DNA from: an uncultured delta proteobacterium
GTDB lineage: Bacteria; Desulfobacterota; Desulfobacteria; Desulfobacterales; SG8-13
Assembly (NCBI GenBank): GCA_963848135.1
Contig: CAWKCK010000017.1
Span: forward strand, 995,507 to 1,059,506
DNA length: 64,000 bases
Direction of reading: 5' to 3'
The notes beneath the pieces were generated by a model that was not told where the DNA came from, made no database searches, and saw nothing but the letters and a program-made list of their open reading frames with translations. Below, in pieces: positions 60,212-64,000 of the stretch; position 1 is the first letter of the stretch, and every line of letters begins with the position of its first letter. The translations under genes were made by a program, and so were the position numbers.

Positions 60212-61052
60212 TCAGCACGACAGAGGCCAGTATCAGCAGCCCGCCGGCATAGCCGATGATTGAAAACGATTCTTGCCACCAGAAATAGGCCACCAGGGCG
60301 GCAATAACCGGCTCGATAGTGGCGGTAATGGCCGCCCGCGATGCTTCGAGGTGTCGGAGACCGGCATAATAAAAATAATAGGCCAGGTAGGTAGAAAAAA
60401 AAGCCAGCGTCGCCAGTGCTCCCCAGGCCACAGCTGTCTTGGGAGAAAAAGTCACCCAGGGAAGTAACAGCAGCGCACCCAAAGGCAGGATGTAGAGAAA
60501 AATCGTCGGTGAATCATAGCGCCCGGAGAAATGTTTCCCAAAGATATAGTACAACGAATAACAGAAACCGGCGATCAACCCAAAGAGGAAAGCCGTCGCA
60601 TCCAATTGCCCCCCGAAACCGGAGGCCCCATTGCCGACACCATAGGACACGCCGGCCACACCGGCAATCGTCATGACCAGAGCCGCGCATTTGACAAGGG
60701 TCAACGGCTCTTTGAAAACCATCCGCGAGAGTACCGTTACCCAGGCCGGAGCGGTATACAATAGTACCGCCGCAAGAGCGGCGCCCCCCTTTTCGACCGC
60801 CAGCTGATAGGAACCGTAAAACAAAGTGACACCGGTCACCGAAAAAATCAGCAGGAACGGCAGATCGCGCGCTTGAATCCGCAACTGTCCTGAGGCGACG
60901 GCATGGCCGCCAAAACAGATCCAGGCCAGAACAGCCCGCCAGAATGCAACCTCAAGCGGCATCACTCCCTGATCAAAGGCCAACCTGGAAACCGGACCGA
61001 TAATCCCCCACAAAATTGCCGCTGCGATTATGTAAAGGTATCCTTTTGCCAT
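60189..61052 (-). CDS. EamA/DMT-family transporter
   Basis: About ten TM helices, AAILWG, LLYTAP, IEPV. Confidence 0.88.
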   Translation of the reverse strand: MAKGYLYIIAAAILWGIIGPVSRLAFDQGVMPLEVAFWRAVLAWICFGGHAVASGQLRIQARDLPFLLIFSVTGVTLFYGSYQLAVEKGGAALAAVLLYTAPAWVTVLSRMVFKEPLTLVKCAALVMTIAGVAGVSYGVGNGASGFGGQLDATAFLFGLIAGFCYSLYYIFGKHFSGRYDSPTIFLYILPLGALLLLPWVTFSPKTAVAWGALATLAFFSTYLAYYFYYAGLRHLEASRAAITATIEPVIAALVAYFWWQESFSIIGYAGGLLILASVVLIIWDGSR

Positions 61053-61069
61053 AAGCGAAAGGTTCCTCT

Positions 61070-61141
61070 CCCGAATATTTCATATGTCGATATCATATCT
61101 GTTTCACAACCCCCATGAAAAATTCTCATGAAATATGCGGG
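61070..61141. repeat. Minimal family C element (72 bp)
   Basis: CCCGAATATTTCAT / ATGAAATATGCGGG inverted ends, 13 of 14 matching. Confidence 0.6.
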
Positions 61142-61174
61142 CGATCATTCTCGTCTCATGGCCTCGGAGCTTCT

Positions 61175-63559
61175 CTATGTGGCGTTCCAAAAACGGTCAA
61201 GGCGGGTTTTCATATCGTCCTCGCTGCACAGCGTTACAGGACGCCACTCCGCAGGAAATAGCGCATGATAGCGCTCTGTCCTGAAGCGTTTGTCGACCAA
61301 CACAACGACGCCGCGATCGAGTTCTGAACGGATAACCCTTCCGGCGGCCTGCAATACCCGGTTGATCCCCGGGTACATATAAGCGAATTCAAAACCGGCG
61401 CCGAGCGTGGTCTCGTAATAGTCACGAATCAGGTCTCTTTCGAACGAAATGCCGGGCAAGCCGACACCGATGATCATCGCACCGCTCAATCGATCGCCAA
61501 CCAGATCAATGCCCTCGCCGAAAATACCCCCCAGAACGGCAAATCCCACCAGAGTTTCCGGGTTGTCGTGAGAAAACTGGGAGAGAAACGCACTTCTGTC
61601 GGTCTCCGACATATCGGAATTCTGGCGGATCGTCGCGACATCCGGGCAAACGTTCATGAATCCTTCGTACACCAAGTGCATATATTCGTATGATGGAAAA
61701 TAGAGCAGGTAATTGCCCTTCTTTCGCCGGACCAGCGTGGTTGCTGCCCGGATCACATCAGGTGCCGTGCGCTGACGCTGTTTGAAATACGTCGAAACAC
61801 GATCGCAAACGAAGAGGCCGAGATTGCCCGCTGCAAACGGTGACGGGAACTGGCGGTATGCGGCGGTGTCATGGCAGCCGAACATTCTTTTAAAATAGGT
61901 CAGCGGCGTCATCGTGGCTGAAAAGAATACCGCCGCTTTGCACCGTTTCAACGCCTCGCCCAACTGACCTGAGGGATCGATGCAGAATAATTTGACTTTA
62001 AGATCGCGGACCGACCTTTCATAACAACACACATAACTGTCATCGTACGTCTGATAGACCCGGATAAAAGAAATCACTGCGAAGTAGAGGGTGAGCAGCT
62101 CTTCCCGAAACGCTGATTTCTGATTGCGTGCCAGCCATTCCTCGGCCAGTTTCGTGAAACGCTGCAGGTGGGGGTAGATAAATTCAGGTCGTTCTTTTTC
62201 AGCCCGTTCGGAACGGGGATCATCCCAATCTTTAAGTTTGCGGGCCATCTGTGAATTCACCCGACCCATGCTTTTGAAAAGGCGCGGTAGCGTTTCCTGC
62301 ACCTCACGCCGCAGATTCAAAAAGGGACGTTTGAATATCTCGGCCGAGAACATTTCCCGGGCGCGATCGACAAGATTGTGCGCTTCGTCAATCAGAAAGG
62401 TATAATCACCAGAAGCATCGAGAAAGAACCGGCGCAGATAAACCCTGGGATCGAAGGCATAATTGTAATCGCAGATGACGCAATCAACATATAGCGCCAG
62501 GGTCAGGGACAGCTCGAACGGGCACAGGCGATGGGACCGGGCGGCCGCCTCTATAACGCTTCGCCCCAGGGCCTCCTGCATGAAAATTTCGGGTAAGGCA
62601 TCCCGCAGGCGATCGTAGTAGCCGCGGGCGAATTCGCATGTTTCGCCGCTGCACTCTTTATCCGGATTGAAACAAATTTTGTCCTTGGCCGTTAGCGTCA
62701 ACGATTTGAAGCGCAGGCCGTTATGCCTGAGTTCGTCGAGAGCCTTTTCCGCCACGGTGCGGGCGGTTGTTCTCGCCGTCAGGTAAAATATTTTGGACGT
62801 GAGGCCTTCGGCCATCGCCTTGACAGCCGGAAAAATCACCGCCATAGTCTTGCCGATGCCGGTGGCCGCTTGGACAAGGAGATGCCCCCCGGCACGGATG
62901 GTGCGGTACACTTCCACCGCCATCGGACGCTGTCCCGGCCGATAGTCAGCAAACGGGAATCCCAACGATCGAATGGACATGTCGCGCACGTGCTGCCAGC
63001 TGATGATAGTGGCCGCCCAACCCAGGTAGCAATCGACCAGTTCCTGGTAGAAATCGGCCAGTTCAGCGAGGGTAAAGGCTTGCCTTACCTCGCGCATCTC
63101 TCCGGTATCGAGATGAAAGTATGTCAGCTGAACATCAACTTCCGGCAGCTGTTGATCGGCGGCGTACATGTATGCATAGCATTTGACCTGGCCCCAGTGT
63201 AAGGGATTTTGGTCCGTGACCAGGTGCTCGATGTCGCGGTCGGTTGTTTTTATCTCGTCGATTATTGTCTGGTGGGTTCCTTCGGTGGTGGCTTCGGAAA
63301 AAACGCCGTCGATTCTGCCGCTGATGGTCAATATATACTTGTCGGTTTCATGTTGTCGGGAGATGGGTACTTCAGCACGATACGTCTGCGGCCGTGACAT
63401 CTGGATCACCTGATGCGCACGAATCGCCTCGACGGATCGACGGACACCTGAAAAAGTAAATTCCAGATCTCCTGACCGACAGGCGAATTCGACCAATTCA
63501 CGAACGGCAATGTTCAAATTACGCTTCAAAAGACCCTCTTTGTCTGGGCAATTTACCAA
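61175..63559 (-). CDS. DinG/XPD-family Fe-S helicase with N-terminal PD-(D/E)XK nuclease-like domain
   Basis: GRIDG..IIDEIKT..HWGQVKCY; ATGIGKT, Cys cluster, IDEAHN, QAAGRVIRS; start uncertain. Confidence 0.92.
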   Translation of the reverse strand: MVNCPDKEGLLKRNLNIAVRELVEFACRSGDLEFTFSGVRRSVEAIRAHQVIQMSRPQTYRAEVPISRQHETDKYILTISGRIDGVFSEATTEGTHQTIIDEIKTTDRDIEHLVTDQNPLHWGQVKCYAYMYAADQQLPEVDVQLTYFHLDTGEMREVRQAFTLAELADFYQELVDCYLGWAATIISWQHVRDMSIRSLGFPFADYRPGQRPMAVEVYRTIRAGGHLLVQAATGIGKTMAVIFPAVKAMAEGLTSKIFYLTARTTARTVAEKALDELRHNGLRFKSLTLTAKDKICFNPDKECSGETCEFARGYYDRLRDALPEIFMQEALGRSVIEAAARSHRLCPFELSLTLALYVDCVICDYNYAFDPRVYLRRFFLDASGDYTFLIDEAHNLVDRAREMFSAEIFKRPFLNLRREVQETLPRLFKSMGRVNSQMARKLKDWDDPRSERAEKERPEFIYPHLQRFTKLAEEWLARNQKSAFREELLTLYFAVISFIRVYQTYDDSYVCCYERSVRDLKVKLFCIDPSGQLGEALKRCKAAVFFSATMTPLTYFKRMFGCHDTAAYRQFPSPFAAGNLGLFVCDRVSTYFKQRQRTAPDVIRAATTLVRRKKGNYLLYFPSYEYMHLVYEGFMNVCPDVATIRQNSDMSETDRSAFLSQFSHDNPETLVGFAVLGGIFGEGIDLVGDRLSGAMIIGVGLPGISFERDLIRDYYETTLGAGFEFAYMYPGINRVLQAAGRVIRSELDRGVVVLVDKRFRTERYHALFPAEWRPVTLCSEDDMKTRLDRFWNAT

Positions 63560-64000
63560 GCGGCTAACGCCGCGCTCTTATCACCCATCGATTGCGGACG
63601 CTCACTGTAATTTTTCGGCATTATCAAGTCAAGGTGGTGCCTACACATCGGAAATTGCCAGATTTCGGATTGTGTGATGGTCAAAATAAGTTCGGTTATG
63701 CGAAGGGATATTTCACCAACCATTTAACCACCCGTATTGCGGAATCTATTTTAGTGAGGTGGTATAACACTCACGCCCGGTTTTCATCCGATCTTTTTAT
63801 GTCGCAGGTTTCAGTTTGACGTACGCCGCGGTTTCATTCATACTGAATGGTTCACACCCTCCGGTGATACACTCCACGCACTCCGACAGCAGATCGCGAA
63901 CCTTGCCGTGTCCGTTAGACAACCGTGTTCAACCCGATCCCGTCGGTCAGGATTTCACCCACAGGGCGACCAATATAAAATATCTCTGATTGCGGAGGCG

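Noticed and set aside
61175..63559. Cas4-like nuclease plus DinG as a type IV CRISPR or defence system
   Set aside because: No cas genes or array nearby; the nuclease-DinG fusion is a common stand-alone repair helicase
8994..63559. polX, SRAP and DinG as one repair system
   Set aside because: They are dispersed and not co-transcribed; each is a common independent gene
1..64000. CRISPR array, tRNA or rRNA genes
   Set aside because: No regularly spaced direct repeats and no recognisable tRNA or rRNA signatures seen

Overview
A 64 kb stretch of bacterial chromosome. Gene content (sigma-54/NtrC systems, futalosine menaquinone pathway, PilZ, many MITE-like intergenic repeats) suggests Desulfobacterota, which is inference only. 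In order: a phosphate locus (phoH end, DUF47, PiT, phoBR with 11-bp periodic Pho-box-like repeats, and an upstream GalT/HIT-like protein); polX flanked by repeats; a 1031-aa degenerate-PHP membrane protein; pqiA-pqiA-pqiB without pqiC; a broken NhaD antiporter with an inserted PAS domain; a ~265-nt rod-like inverted repeat rich in G-U pairs; pdxST with a MocR regulator; a divergent sigma-54 locus whose receiver domain is fused to an SLC13/DASS transporter; broken mscS plus mgtE; a GC-richer island with MarR, a catechol-dehydroxylase/acetylene-hydratase-like molybdoenzyme (alpha+beta) and a frameshift-ridden Liv-type ABC importer; a six-gene futalosine cluster; and housekeeping genes (purF, CitE-like lyase, SRAP, EamA, nuclease-DinG helicase). 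No rRNA, tRNA, CRISPR array or intact transposase was seen. The best candidates for novelty are the molybdoenzyme island, the REC-SLC13 signalling locus, the rod-like RNA candidate and the ~18-nt palindromes inserted inside MITEs.
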